From NCBI GenBank assembly GCA_963764625.1, contig CAVXTH010000007.1, positions 128,001 through 192,000 of the forward strand: a stretch of DNA of 64,000 nucleotides, written 5' to 3'. Of the stretch, positions 31,520 to 40,734 are shown in pieces. This stretch comes from Candidatus Krumholzibacteriota bacterium. Lineage in GTDB: Bacteria > Krumholzibacteriota > Krumholzibacteriia > JAJRXK01. Each line of letters begins with the position of its first letter. The first letter of the stretch is position 1. The notes beneath the pieces were generated by a model, which saw nothing but the letters and a program-made list of their open reading frames with translations, searched no databases and was not told the origin of the DNA. Both the position numbers and the translations under genes were made by a program.

Positions 31520-34500
31520 TCTCCCATTCCCTTCCCGAGGGCAGACCTTCCGGATACTGCGTTCCCTCCGCGGGCAGCGTCACCCCCACCGGCTGGTAGC
31601 GATTCGAATAGCGATCGAGGGTGCGATACAAACCGCGCACGCCGATCCGCGTCTGCGGCAGGTCGAACCACTTCGGCGTGCCCAGAGTGAACGAGACATC
31701 CGCCATCAATTGCAGGGGATAGGTCAGGTTGTGATCGTGGTGGTAGTCGTAGGGGCCGTAGTCGTTGACCTTTATGAAGCTGGAAAAAACCAGGGAAGGC
31801 CAGGCGATGCGGCTGTCGATCCCGAAGTGGTGGACGAGACGCGGATTGTCTCCATTGGGTTCAGCCGTTCCGTAGTAGAGGTGGCTGATCATCCGCACTC
31901 TTCGGCTGAGGCGATTGACCACGCGTCCGTGAAGCTCCCACAAGTCGCGCGCCGGAGTGGCGCCGGGAAAGGCCAGGATCGTGTTGTCGGCCGAGATGAA
32001 GAGACCCGCATCGGCGGTAGTGCGGTGGCGCTTGAAGACGAAGCCCAGGCTGGCCGCCAGGTCGGCATCCTCGCGCGTATCGTTGTCCCAGCTCCACATC
32101 CAGGTGGCGGGAGTCGGATCGTAGGTGATCATGAGCTCGGCGCCGGTGGTCTCGCGATTGCCGCGCACCGCGAACGGATCGTCCAGAACGTTGCGAGGAT
32201 GCCCGGGGGTGCCCGTCAGGTCGCTCGAATTGGGCATCGGACCCACGATGGGTTTCTGCCACAGGAAGTTGGGTCCGATCTGCCAGTTGCCGAAGCTGGC
32301 CGCAACGCCTGAGAGAGCATTGACCTGATTGCCCGAACCGCTGTCCCTCAGCTCCCAGCCGGTGAAAGTGGGAATGGCCGTGGGACCGGCCTCGGCCACC
32401 AGGCCCATGTACGCACCCTGTCCGTACCAGTGCCAGCGTCCGTGCTCCCAGGTCAGCTTGCCCTTGAAGCCGAGAGTGTCGTCGCTCTTGATCTTATCCT
32501 GCCGCACGTCCTGTGGAGCAATGGGGCCGCCTGCGTCCACCAGACTTTCTTCCACCAGCTGGAAAGTCTCTCCCACGCGCGGATCGCCGGACCAGAGGAA
32601 CCCTCCTTCGAAACCGAAGGGTCCGAGTCCGGTCTGCATCTGCAACGAGGCCTTGCGCGTCGATCGAATCGGAATCGCGATGGAGCTCGTGGCCTGCGAA
32701 CGCTGGGCGAAGTCGTCCTGATAGAGCCCCGTCCACTGAATGCCGCCCACGGAGCGTTCGTACTTCAAGAAAATGGCCGGGTTGGCTCCCCACCACAGCT
32801 GGGGACCCATGGCGAGCTTGAAGCCATTGAAGAACTTCTTGCCCGCCATTTCGAACCCGATCGGAGCTTCCCCGTTGTAGATGTCGAGGTTCTCACCGTA
32901 AAACGCGTCGCGGTAGAGGCCGAAGAAGTCTCCCTCGTATTGCCAGTGCAAATGCCCGGTGCGATAAAAGCTGTCGAGCATGAACCAACGGTCATCCCAC
33001 GAGAGATCAGCCTGATACACTTTCACTCGCTCCAGCGACTGGATCTCCACCGGGTTGCCCTGTTCGTCGAGAACTGTCTTGGGACGGCCGCGATTCTCGT
33101 AAAAGATCTCGTCGATCGGGTTCTGGGGTACGTTGCCCAGCACGCTGACGGAGAGCCGGCCCTGAACCGCATCGTTGGGCTGGGCCTGGATGTCCGCGAA
33201 GAACGATTCCCCGTGGTCGAAGCCCAAGAACGACGGATAGGAATCCTGCGGAGACTCGTTGTCGGGGGTGGAGATGTTCTTTCCCCCGGTGCTGTAGGTC
33301 TCCCACTCCAACCGAAGACCCGACACCCGCACTTTGCTCGAAAGATCGCTCTTCAAGCTGGCCGCGTCCCCGCGCGCCTGCAGCACCGCGGCCATGGGCT
33401 GGATCGCATGGAAGTGATCCCGGATGCTCTGAAGATCGGTTCCCGCCGCGTAGGGATCGAGCTTGAACGCATCGCGAAGCGCGTAGTAGGCCGCGCGCGG
33501 GTAGACCTCGTAATAGCCGTTGGGGTCGGGAAAGCCCTTGGCGGTAATTCCCCACCACTCCTCGTTCATGTTGTTGTCGCCCTCGTGGTAATCGAGAGGG
33601 TAACCCGCGTTCGGCCACGAGGCGTTGGTGTCGTGAATGTCGAGGCGGCTGTCCTGCCCAAACTTCCACCAGCCATCGCTCCACTGGAAGATCAGGCCAC
33701 CGATCGCGTTCCCCACGCGTCCCTTGGCGGCCGACTGTTCGTAGATCTCCTCCCACTGGCCGAGCAGGTAATACGCCTGAGCGGCCTGATCCTCTTTCAT
33801 GGTGATGGCATTGAAGGCATCGGAGCCGAACTCGGTGAAGAGAGCCGGGATGCCCAGTTTGTCGTGAACGACCTGGAAGAAGTCGCGGGCCGAGACCCCG
33901 CGGTAGACGTTGGAGCCAAAGATATCGAGCCGCGGGCACTCTTGGGCGACGATGTCGATGTATTGCACGTCTCCGTTGGCGATGGCCACCGGGCGGCTGG
34001 GATCACGCTGCTTGATGTCTTCGATGATCTCGCCGAAGAGGGAGTAGAGGAAGCGCGCGCGCGCCGCGTTCTGTTCGCCCTTGGGCAGAGCTTCGATCTC
34101 GAAGGACGACCAGGAGAGTCCGTAGTTGTTCTCGTTACCCAGAAGCCACATGAGAACCCCGGGAGTTCCCTTGTAGCGGTCCACCACGCTCGCCATTTCG
34201 GCCTTCAGGTAAGCGCGCACCTTGGGATCGCTGTAATTGGTCGATGGCTGCCACACACCGTCGATCGTCACCCCGTAGCGCCCGATGGTGTCGTTGATGA
34301 TGGTGAAGATTCCAAAGTTCTCGTAGATGTACTCGATCCAGCGGGGAGGGATGCCGGGAGCCTGGCGAATCGTATTCACGCCCATGGTGGACAACAGTGG
34401 CATCTCCCGGAAGAGCACTGCTTTGATGAAGTCATCCGGCTTGTTCCAGAAGTCGTAGCTGTAGTTGTATCCGATGGGCAAGTAGCCCCAGTTCATGCCG

Positions 34501-34700
34501 AAGACCATGAAATCGCGGCCATCCACTTGAAGCCGGGAGCCGCTCGAGTCGTTCACGGTCTCGATTTCCGGCAAGGCGGCGCCGGCGGTTTCAGCCTGTG
34601 CTTCGACCGGCACCAAGCCCGCCGCCGCAAGCAGGAGAAAGCCAAGGCCCACGACGAACAGGCGGCATTGGTTGGGTCGGCTACTTGGAATCGAATACAC
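31491..34700 (-). CDS. Secreted clan GH-A glycoside hydrolase (GH2 TIM-barrel/GH158-like) fused to ~600-aa predicted outer-membrane beta-barrel
   Basis: Signal peptide; MGVNTIR, WLLGNENN (acid/base), TEFGSDA (nucleophile), FQWSDGWWK, EEWWG; C-half rich in amphipathic beta-strands, ends WEIRTYLQLAI. Confidence 0.7.
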   Translation of the reverse strand: MYSIPSSRPNQCRLFVVGLGFLLLAAAGLVPVEAQAETAGAALPEIETVNDSSGSRLQVDGRDFMVFGMNWGYLPIGYNYSYDFWNKPDDFIKAVLFREMPLLSTMGVNTIRQAPGIPPRWIEYIYENFGIFTIINDTIGRYGVTIDGVWQPSTNYSDPKVRAYLKAEMASVVDRYKGTPGVLMWLLGNENNYGLSWSSFEIEALPKGEQNAARARFLYSLFGEIIEDIKQRDPSRPVAIANGDVQYIDIVAQECPRLDIFGSNVYRGVSARDFFQVVHDKLGIPALFTEFGSDAFNAITMKEDQAAQAYYLLGQWEEIYEQSAAKGRVGNAIGGLIFQWSDGWWKFGQDSRLDIHDTNASWPNAGYPLDYHEGDNNMNEEWWGITAKGFPDPNGYYEVYPRAAYYALRDAFKLDPYAAGTDLQSIRDHFHAIQPMAAVLQARGDAASLKSDLSSKVRVSGLRLEWETYSTGGKNISTPDNESPQDSYPSFLGFDHGESFFADIQAQPNDAVQGRLSVSVLGNVPQNPIDEIFYENRGRPKTVLDEQGNPVEIQSLERVKVYQADLSWDDRWFMLDSFYRTGHLHWQYEGDFFGLYRDAFYGENLDIYNGEAPIGFEMAGKKFFNGFKLAMGPQLWWGANPAIFLKYERSVGGIQWTGLYQDDFAQRSQATSSIAIPIRSTRKASLQMQTGLGPFGFEGGFLWSGDPRVGETFQLVEESLVDAGGPIAPQDVRQDKIKSDDTLGFKGKLTWEHGRWHWYGQGAYMGLVAEAGPTAIPTFTGWELRDSGSGNQVNALSGVAASFGNWQIGPNFLWQKPIVGPMPNSSDLTGTPGHPRNVLDDPFAVRGNRETTGAELMITYDPTPATWMWSWDNDTREDADLAASLGFVFKRHRTTADAGLFISADNTILAFPGATPARDLWELHGRVVNRLSRRVRMISHLYYGTAEPNGDNPRLVHHFGIDSRIAWPSLVFSSFIKVNDYGPYDYHHDHNLTYPLQLMADVSFTLGTPKWFDLPQTRIGVRGLYRTLDRYSNRYQPVGVTLPAEGTQYPEGLPSGREWEIRTYLQLAI

Positions 34701-36111
34701 GGGAGTCCCCTTCACTCTGAGTGGTAGTGGAGGCATCGGCGATCGCCGCGGGAACCTCGACCACGGTATTGGCCGATACCGCTTCGCGATAGTAGTAGGC
34801 GCTGTCCTTGGGGAGACGTTGCTGCGTGGTGAAATCGACTGAGAAGAGGCCGAACTTCTTCTTGTAACCGAATCCCCATTCGAAATTGTCCAGGAGCGAC
34901 CAGGCGAAATACCCCTTCAGGGGTACGCCGTCCTCGATGGCGCGATGGGCCGCCTTCAGGTGCTCGCGCAAATAATGAACTCGTTTCGCATCGGCGATGC
35001 GATCCAGAGGATCGATAGGGTAGTCGTACGCGGCCCCGTTTTCGGTGACGTAGATCTTGGGTGGTCCATACTCCCGGGAAACGCGCGTCAGACTCTCGTG
35101 GAGACCGCGCGGATAGACTTCCCACCCCATGTCGGTGAGTTCCTCCGAGGGTGCCACCTTCACGGCCACCGGACGTCCATCCTTTTGCGCCTTCATGACC
35201 ACCCGGCTGTAGTAGTTGAGACCCAGGAAATCCAGGGGCGCGGAGATGGCCTCCATGTCGCCCTCGCGAACGAAGGGCAGCTCAGGGCCTTTCAGATGGC
35301 CCGCGCGAACCCGATCGGTCACCGCGTCGGCGGGATAGGAACCCCGGAACAGAGGATCCAGATACCAACGGTGGAAGAAGCCGTCGAACCACCGCGCGGC
35401 GTCGCGATCGCCCGGATCGTCGCTGGCGGGGTGGGCGGGACAGTGGTTCAGCACGATCCCCAGCTCGGCTCGCGGCGTCTCGTCGCGAATCGCCCGGGTC
35501 GCCCAGCCGTGGGAGAGCAGCAGGTGATGCGCCACGCGTAGGGCCTCGGTGGGGTCCACATGGCCCGGGGCGTGATGGCCCTCTTCGTGACCGAGCGTGG
35601 CGATGCACCACGGCTCGTTGTGGGTCACCCAATGTTGTACCCGGTCTCCCAGCCGCCTCGTCACCGCGTCGGCGTACTCCACGAAAGCTTTCGCCGTGTC
35701 GCGCGCACCCCATCCGCCCTGTTCCTGCAGGACCTGAGGGAGGTCCCAGTGGTAGAGCGTGGGGAAGGGCTGGATCTTGGCCTCGAGCAGGGCGTCGACC
35801 AGAGCGTCGTAGAAGTCGAGGCCCGCCCGGTTCCGCGCGCCCCATCCCTTCGGCAGAATTCGCGGCCAGGAGATGGAGAAGCGGTAGGCGTCCAGGCCCA
35901 GCCACTTCATCAGGGCCAGGTCCTCGCGCCAGCGGTGGTAGTGATCGCAGGCCACGTCGGGGGTGGAGCCGTCCTCGATCTTCCCCGCCAGACCGGCGAA
36001 GTGGTCCCAGATGGAGTCGCTTCGCCCGCCTTCGCTTCGCCCACCCTCGATCTGCTGGGCGGACGTGGCGACCCCCCAGAGAAAGCCCTTGGGAAACTCG
36101 AAGCTGGCCAT
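34681..36111 (-). CDS. bglA: GH1 beta-glucosidase
   Basis: FPKGFLWGVATSAQQIEG, YRFSISWPR, TLYHWDLP, THNEP, YVTENG, WSLLDNFEW. Confidence 0.95.
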   Translation of the reverse strand: MASFEFPKGFLWGVATSAQQIEGGRSEGGRSDSIWDHFAGLAGKIEDGSTPDVACDHYHRWREDLALMKWLGLDAYRFSISWPRILPKGWGARNRAGLDFYDALVDALLEAKIQPFPTLYHWDLPQVLQEQGGWGARDTAKAFVEYADAVTRRLGDRVQHWVTHNEPWCIATLGHEEGHHAPGHVDPTEALRVAHHLLLSHGWATRAIRDETPRAELGIVLNHCPAHPASDDPGDRDAARWFDGFFHRWYLDPLFRGSYPADAVTDRVRAGHLKGPELPFVREGDMEAISAPLDFLGLNYYSRVVMKAQKDGRPVAVKVAPSEELTDMGWEVYPRGLHESLTRVSREYGPPKIYVTENGAAYDYPIDPLDRIADAKRVHYLREHLKAAHRAIEDGVPLKGYFAWSLLDNFEWGFGYKKKFGLFSVDFTTQQRLPKDSAYYYREAVSANTVVEVPAAIADASTTTQSEGDSRVFDSK

Positions 36112-36138
36112 GCGTGCTCCGATTCTCAAAAAAGAATC

Positions 36139-36185
36139 TTTGTTCGGACTCCGAACATAGTGTATGATACCACGGGCGCTGTCAA
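36139..36185. promoter_or_regulatory. Divergent promoters overlapped by putative ROK operator
   Basis: Palindrome TGTTCGGA-C-TCCGAACA (36141-36157). + strand TTGTTC-17-TATGAT; - strand TTGACA(36185-36180)-17-CACTAT. Confidence 0.65.
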
Positions 36186-36228
36186 GCCCCCTCTTCCTCA
36201 GAGTTTCTTCGAAAGAGAGGTCACTACA

Positions 36229-37206
36229 ATGCGAAATCTGGTCATCGCCGTCCTGACGGTCGCGGCACTTTTCTGTCCGCTCGTGGCCACGGCACAACCC
36301 CTGGCTTCCTATACCCAGGACTTCGAAGGCCTGGTGCAGACAGACGTGAACGCTCTGGCCAACGACGGCTGGCTCGTCTACGGCAACGTCTTCGACACGG
36401 ACGGTACCAGCTACCTGTACGGCTACGGTGCCTTTCCCGCCCCCAACACCGGCGCCGCATTCTGTCAGATCGTCATCGGCGAGGGTGGTCTAGAGCAGGG
36501 AGCGCAGCAGCTCGTCGTCTTCAGCGACTACGAGAACACCGATCACGCACTCGGCCACTATATCGAGTCCAACGTCTACCACGAGGAGAAAGTCGGTGCC
36601 GAGAACGTCGGTGAATCCTGGGTCTTCGAATTCGATTCGAAGCGCGGCAATCTGACGGGAAGCTCCACCGCCTTGGCCTTCATCAAGACCCTCGATCCCA
36701 GCAACGGCTACGCCCTGACCAACTTCATCACGGTGGACATGACGACGAGTCCCACCACCTGGAATCACTACTCGCTGTCCATCTCGATCGATGCGTCGCT
36801 GGAGGGTCAGTTGCTGCAGTTCGGCTACTCGAACACCGCCACGCTGTACGAAAGTGCGGGGATCTTCTACGACAACATCACCTTCCACCCGGATAATGCG
36901 ACGGGTAGCACGCCGGCTCGTTCCATGGTCGATGCCACCTTGCGGCAAAACTACCCGAATCCCTTCAATCCCAGCACCCGCATCGAATTCAGCCTGAATC
37001 AGGCGCAAAGCGTTGATTTGGCGGTCTTCGATCTGGCGGGTCGCCGTGTGGCCACGCTGGTGCGCGGCGCGCTCGAGAGCGGAGAGCATGCGGTGAACTG
37101 GAACGGTAGGAGCGACAACGGAGCTGCGGTGGCTTCGGGACGATACAACTACGTGCTGAGGACGCAGCACGGACAGCTGTCGGGAAGCATGACCTTGCTG
37201 AAGTAG
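36229..37206 (+). CDS. Secreted CBM-like beta-sandwich protein with FlgD-Ig/T9SS-type CTD
   Basis: GAGAGG RBS; signal peptide ATA-Q; LRQNYPNPFNPST...WNGRSDNG..VASG.Y CTD; paralog of 42409-43143. Confidence 0.8.
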   Translation: MRNLVIAVLTVAALFCPLVATAQPLASYTQDFEGLVQTDVNALANDGWLVYGNVFDTDGTSYLYGYGAFPAPNTGAAFCQIVIGEGGLEQGAQQLVVFSDYENTDHALGHYIESNVYHEEKVGAENVGESWVFEFDSKRGNLTGSSTALAFIKTLDPSNGYALTNFITVDMTTSPTTWNHYSLSISIDASLEGQLLQFGYSNTATLYESAGIFYDNITFHPDNATGSTPARSMVDATLRQNYPNPFNPSTRIEFSLNQAQSVDLAVFDLAGRRVATLVRGALESGEHAVNWNGRSDNGAAVASGRYNYVLRTQHGQLSGSMTLLK

Positions 37207-37233
37207 AGCCTTTTTCTCGACGAGCGGTACAAC

Positions 37234-40200
37234 ATGAAGACCAAGTCCAGTCTCAACCCGGTCTCTCCATCGACCGAGGAGTTGCCCGGGATTCCCGTCG
37301 GTGAGTTCGTCTGTCTGGAGGGGGAGAAGTACTACCGGATCTCCGCGTACGATCGTCTGGATCCCTTCCTGATGAGCGTGCCGAGCGATACGGATCTGTG
37401 GATGTTCGTGACTTCTGGTGGAGGTCTCACGGCCGGTCGGGTCGACGCGGACGGGAGTCTCTTTCCCTACCGTACCGTCGACCAGCTCCACGATGCGCAC
37501 CACCATACCGGGCCGCTGAGTTCGATCCAGCTGGAAAAGGCGAGCGGCGAGTGCGTGCGCTGGGATCCCTTCGCCGAAGATGGCGCCGAGAATCCCCGGA
37601 TCGAGTGGAATCTCTACAAGAACACCATCGGGAACCGCTTGGTGTTCGAGGAGATCAACCACGAGCTCGCTCTCGCGTTTCGGTACCGGTGGTCGGCGTG
37701 TGACGAATTCGGCTGGGTACGCAGCGCGACTCTGGAAAACCGCTCGCCTCTGGTGGCGCGGGTGACGCTTCTGGACGGGCTGAGGAACATCCTGCCCTAT
37801 GGAGCGCCTCTCTCGCTCTACCAGCAGTCGAGCAACCTGGTCGACGCCTACAAGAAGTCCGAAGTGGATCCGGAGACGGGGCTCGGCATCTATTCCCTTA
37901 CCGCGCAGATCACCGATCGGGCGGAGGCGCTCGAGATGCTCAAAGCCAATACGGTGTGGTGCTGTGGTCTGGAAAGATTCAAGGTCCATCTCTCTCTCGA
38001 CGCGGTGAAGTGCTTTCACGCGCGAAAACTACTGACCGAAGATAGGGTGACGAACGGAATTCGCGGCAACTACCTGGTGAGTTGCGCAGTGGAATTGCAG
38101 CCGAAGGAGAGTGCCCGCTGGCACATCGTGGGCGACACCGGTCGCGATCAGATACAGATTGCCGCTCTGCGGAAGAGATTGCTCGAGGAAGACGATCTGA
38201 GTGGGCTGATCGAGGAGAAGCTCCAGCTGGCGGGAGAGAATTTGCGCCGAAACGTGGCCAGCGCGGATGGGTTGCAGTTTTCGGAGTTGGAAGAGACCTG
38301 GGTTCACCACTTCACGAACGTGCTGTTCAACAACATGCGCGGCGGGGTGTTCCTGTACAACTACACCCTTCCCATGCCGGACTTCCGGGATTTCCTCCGC
38401 GTCCACGATCCCGCTGTACTTCGGCGAAGGCGGGCCGAGTTGGATCGGCTCCCGGAGATCTGCGAGCTGGACCAGGTTCATGCCGCGGCTCAGCGGTCGG
38501 CAGATCCCGACCTTCAACGGTTGAGCTACGAGTATCTTCCCCTCTACTTCGGACGGCGGCACGGCGATCCCAGCCGCCCCTGGAACGGCTTCTCCATCCG
38601 CACCCGAAACGAGGCAGGCGAGGAGAGGCTGAATTTCGAGGGGAATTGGCGCGACATCTTCCAGAACTGGGAAGCTCTCGGCACCGCCTTTCCCGGCTTC
38701 CTTTCCAGCATGGTAGCCAAGTTCGTCAACGCCTCGACGGTGGACGGGTTCAACCCGTACCGCATCACTCGCGACGGGGTGGACTGGGAGACCGTCGTCC
38801 CGAATGACCCGTGGAGCAACATCGGGTACTGGGGCGATCATCAGATCATCTACCTGTTGAAGCTTCTCGAGTCTTTGGATCGCCACGAGCCGGCGGCGCT
38901 CCACGAGCTGCTCGAACGGGAGATCTTCAGCTACGCCGAAGTTCCCTATCGCATCAAGCCGTACGAGGAGATTCTGAGGAACCCCCGTTCGACCATCGAT
39001 TTCGATCATGCGCGCGCGCGCGACATCGAGGAGAGGGTCCAGCGCGCGGGTACCGACGGAAAGCTCCTTCACGATTCGGACGGATCGGTCTACCACGCGA
39101 ATCTGTTCGAGAAGTTGCTGGTGCCGGCTCTCTCGAAGCTATCGAACCTGGTCCTCGATGCCGGCATCTGGATGAACACCCAGAGACCCGAGTGGAACGA
39201 CGCGAACAACGCGCTCGGTGGGGGCGGAGTCTCCGTGGTGACTCTGTGTCACCTGCGCCGCTACCTGGCCTTTCTCACCGGGCGGTTCGAAGCGAGCACG
39301 GCAAAAGAGTATCCCGTGTCGAGGGAAGTCGCCGATTGGTTGAACTCGATCGAGAGCATCCTGGGCCAGGAGCGGGATTTGCTCACACGCGAACATCCCG
39401 GGGGACGGGATCGAAAGCGGATGATGGATGCCCTCGGGGAGGCGTTCTCGGTCTATCGGCAGGGGGTGTATGCCCACGGATTCTCGGGCAAGACTCCGGT
39501 TGCGGTACGGCGGGTCGTGGAACTTTGTACGACCGCGCTGGAGTTCATCGACCACGGCATTGGCGCCAACCGCCGCCAGGACGGGCTCTTCCACACCTAC
39601 AACCTGCTGGACTTCGCGCCGGATGAGAGCAGCGCCGAAGTGAAGCGTCTGCCGGTCATGCTCGAGGGGCAGGTCGCCATCCTGAGTTCTGGATTCCTCC
39701 GGCCGCAGGAAGCGCTCGAAGTCCTGGAGCGGCTCTTCGCCAGCGCCCTCTACCAGCCAAGCCAGCGCAGCTTTTTTCTCTACCCCGAGAGGGAAGTGCC
39801 GGGCTTCATGGCGAAGAACGTGGTTCCGAGAGAGAGTGTGGAGGAGATCCCTCTCTTGAGGGAACTACTTGCGCAAAAGGACCACTCGGTGCTGGGGGAG
39901 GACGCCGAAGGCGTGCTTCGCTTCTGTGGCGAGTTCAAGAACGCACTGGATGTGAGCGTGGCCCTGGACGAGTTGAAGGAGCGAGAGGAATGGGCGGGTG
40001 CGGTGCAGCGGGACCGTCCCGCCACGCTCGAACTCTTCGAAGGGGTCTTCCACCACGAGTCCTACACCGGTCGCTCCGGAGTGATGTTCGGCTACGAGGG
40101 CCTGGGGTGCATCTACTGGCACATGATCGCTAAACTGCTCCTGGCGGTGCAGGAGACGATCTTTCGCGCCTTTGACGACGACGCGCCGCCGGCGGTGCGC

Positions 40201-40734
40201 GAGGCTCTCACCGCCATGTACTTCAGGGTCCGTGCCGGGCTCGGATACGAGAAATCCGTAGCCGAATTCGGCGCGTTTCCTACCGATCCCTACTCGCACA
40301 CCCCGGCGGCGGGAGGCGCGAAGCAGCCGGGCATGACCGGTCAGGTGAAGGAGGAAATCCTCACCCGGCAGGGCGAACTCGGGATCAGGGTCGAACACGG
40401 GCGCGTTCGCGTTCGGCCCCTTCTCCTGCGCAGTGAGGAGTTCCTGGCCCAGCCCAAGGTCTTCCACTATTTCGACGTCTCGGGAACAGCGCGTTCGATC
40501 ACCTTGTGTACCGACAGTTTGGCCTTCACCTTTTGTCAGGTGCCGGTGATCCTGCAGCGCACCGCGGAGAAGACGCGAATCGAGGTATGCTTCGAGAACG
40601 GAACGTCCTCTTTGGCGCAAGGCGATACGCTCTCGGCCGAGCTGAGCGCGGAGCTCTTTTCGCGCAGTGGACGCATCGAGAAGATCTCGGTCAAGATTCC
40701 GGACCACGAACTTAGCCCACACGAGCGGAGATGA
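37234..40734 (+). CDS. Probable GH149 beta-1,3-glucan phosphorylase
   Basis: 1166 aa, no signal peptide; motifs RRHGDPSRPWN, EGNWRDIFQNWE, YWGDHQIIY, WMNTQRPEWNDANNAL, YEGLGCIYWHM, FPTDPYSHTP, QPGMTGQVKE recalled as typical of GH149; context with GH16/GH17. Confidence 0.75.
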   Translation: MKTKSSLNPVSPSTEELPGIPVGEFVCLEGEKYYRISAYDRLDPFLMSVPSDTDLWMFVTSGGGLTAGRVDADGSLFPYRTVDQLHDAHHHTGPLSSIQLEKASGECVRWDPFAEDGAENPRIEWNLYKNTIGNRLVFEEINHELALAFRYRWSACDEFGWVRSATLENRSPLVARVTLLDGLRNILPYGAPLSLYQQSSNLVDAYKKSEVDPETGLGIYSLTAQITDRAEALEMLKANTVWCCGLERFKVHLSLDAVKCFHARKLLTEDRVTNGIRGNYLVSCAVELQPKESARWHIVGDTGRDQIQIAALRKRLLEEDDLSGLIEEKLQLAGENLRRNVASADGLQFSELEETWVHHFTNVLFNNMRGGVFLYNYTLPMPDFRDFLRVHDPAVLRRRRAELDRLPEICELDQVHAAAQRSADPDLQRLSYEYLPLYFGRRHGDPSRPWNGFSIRTRNEAGEERLNFEGNWRDIFQNWEALGTAFPGFLSSMVAKFVNASTVDGFNPYRITRDGVDWETVVPNDPWSNIGYWGDHQIIYLLKLLESLDRHEPAALHELLEREIFSYAEVPYRIKPYEEILRNPRSTIDFDHARARDIEERVQRAGTDGKLLHDSDGSVYHANLFEKLLVPALSKLSNLVLDAGIWMNTQRPEWNDANNALGGGGVSVVTLCHLRRYLAFLTGRFEASTAKEYPVSREVADWLNSIESILGQERDLLTREHPGGRDRKRMMDALGEAFSVYRQGVYAHGFSGKTPVAVRRVVELCTTALEFIDHGIGANRRQDGLFHTYNLLDFAPDESSAEVKRLPVMLEGQVAILSSGFLRPQEALEVLERLFASALYQPSQRSFFLYPEREVPGFMAKNVVPRESVEEIPLLRELLAQKDHSVLGEDAEGVLRFCGEFKNALDVSVALDELKEREEWAGAVQRDRPATLELFEGVFHHESYTGRSGVMFGYEGLGCIYWHMIAKLLLAVQETIFRAFDDDAPPAVREALTAMYFRVRAGLGYEKSVAEFGAFPTDPYSHTPAAGGAKQPGMTGQVKEEILTRQGELGIRVEHGRVRVRPLLLRSEEFLAQPKVFHYFDVSGTARSITLCTDSLAFTFCQVPVILQRTAEKTRIEVCFENGTSSLAQGDTLSAELSAELFSRSGRIEKISVKIPDHELSPHERR

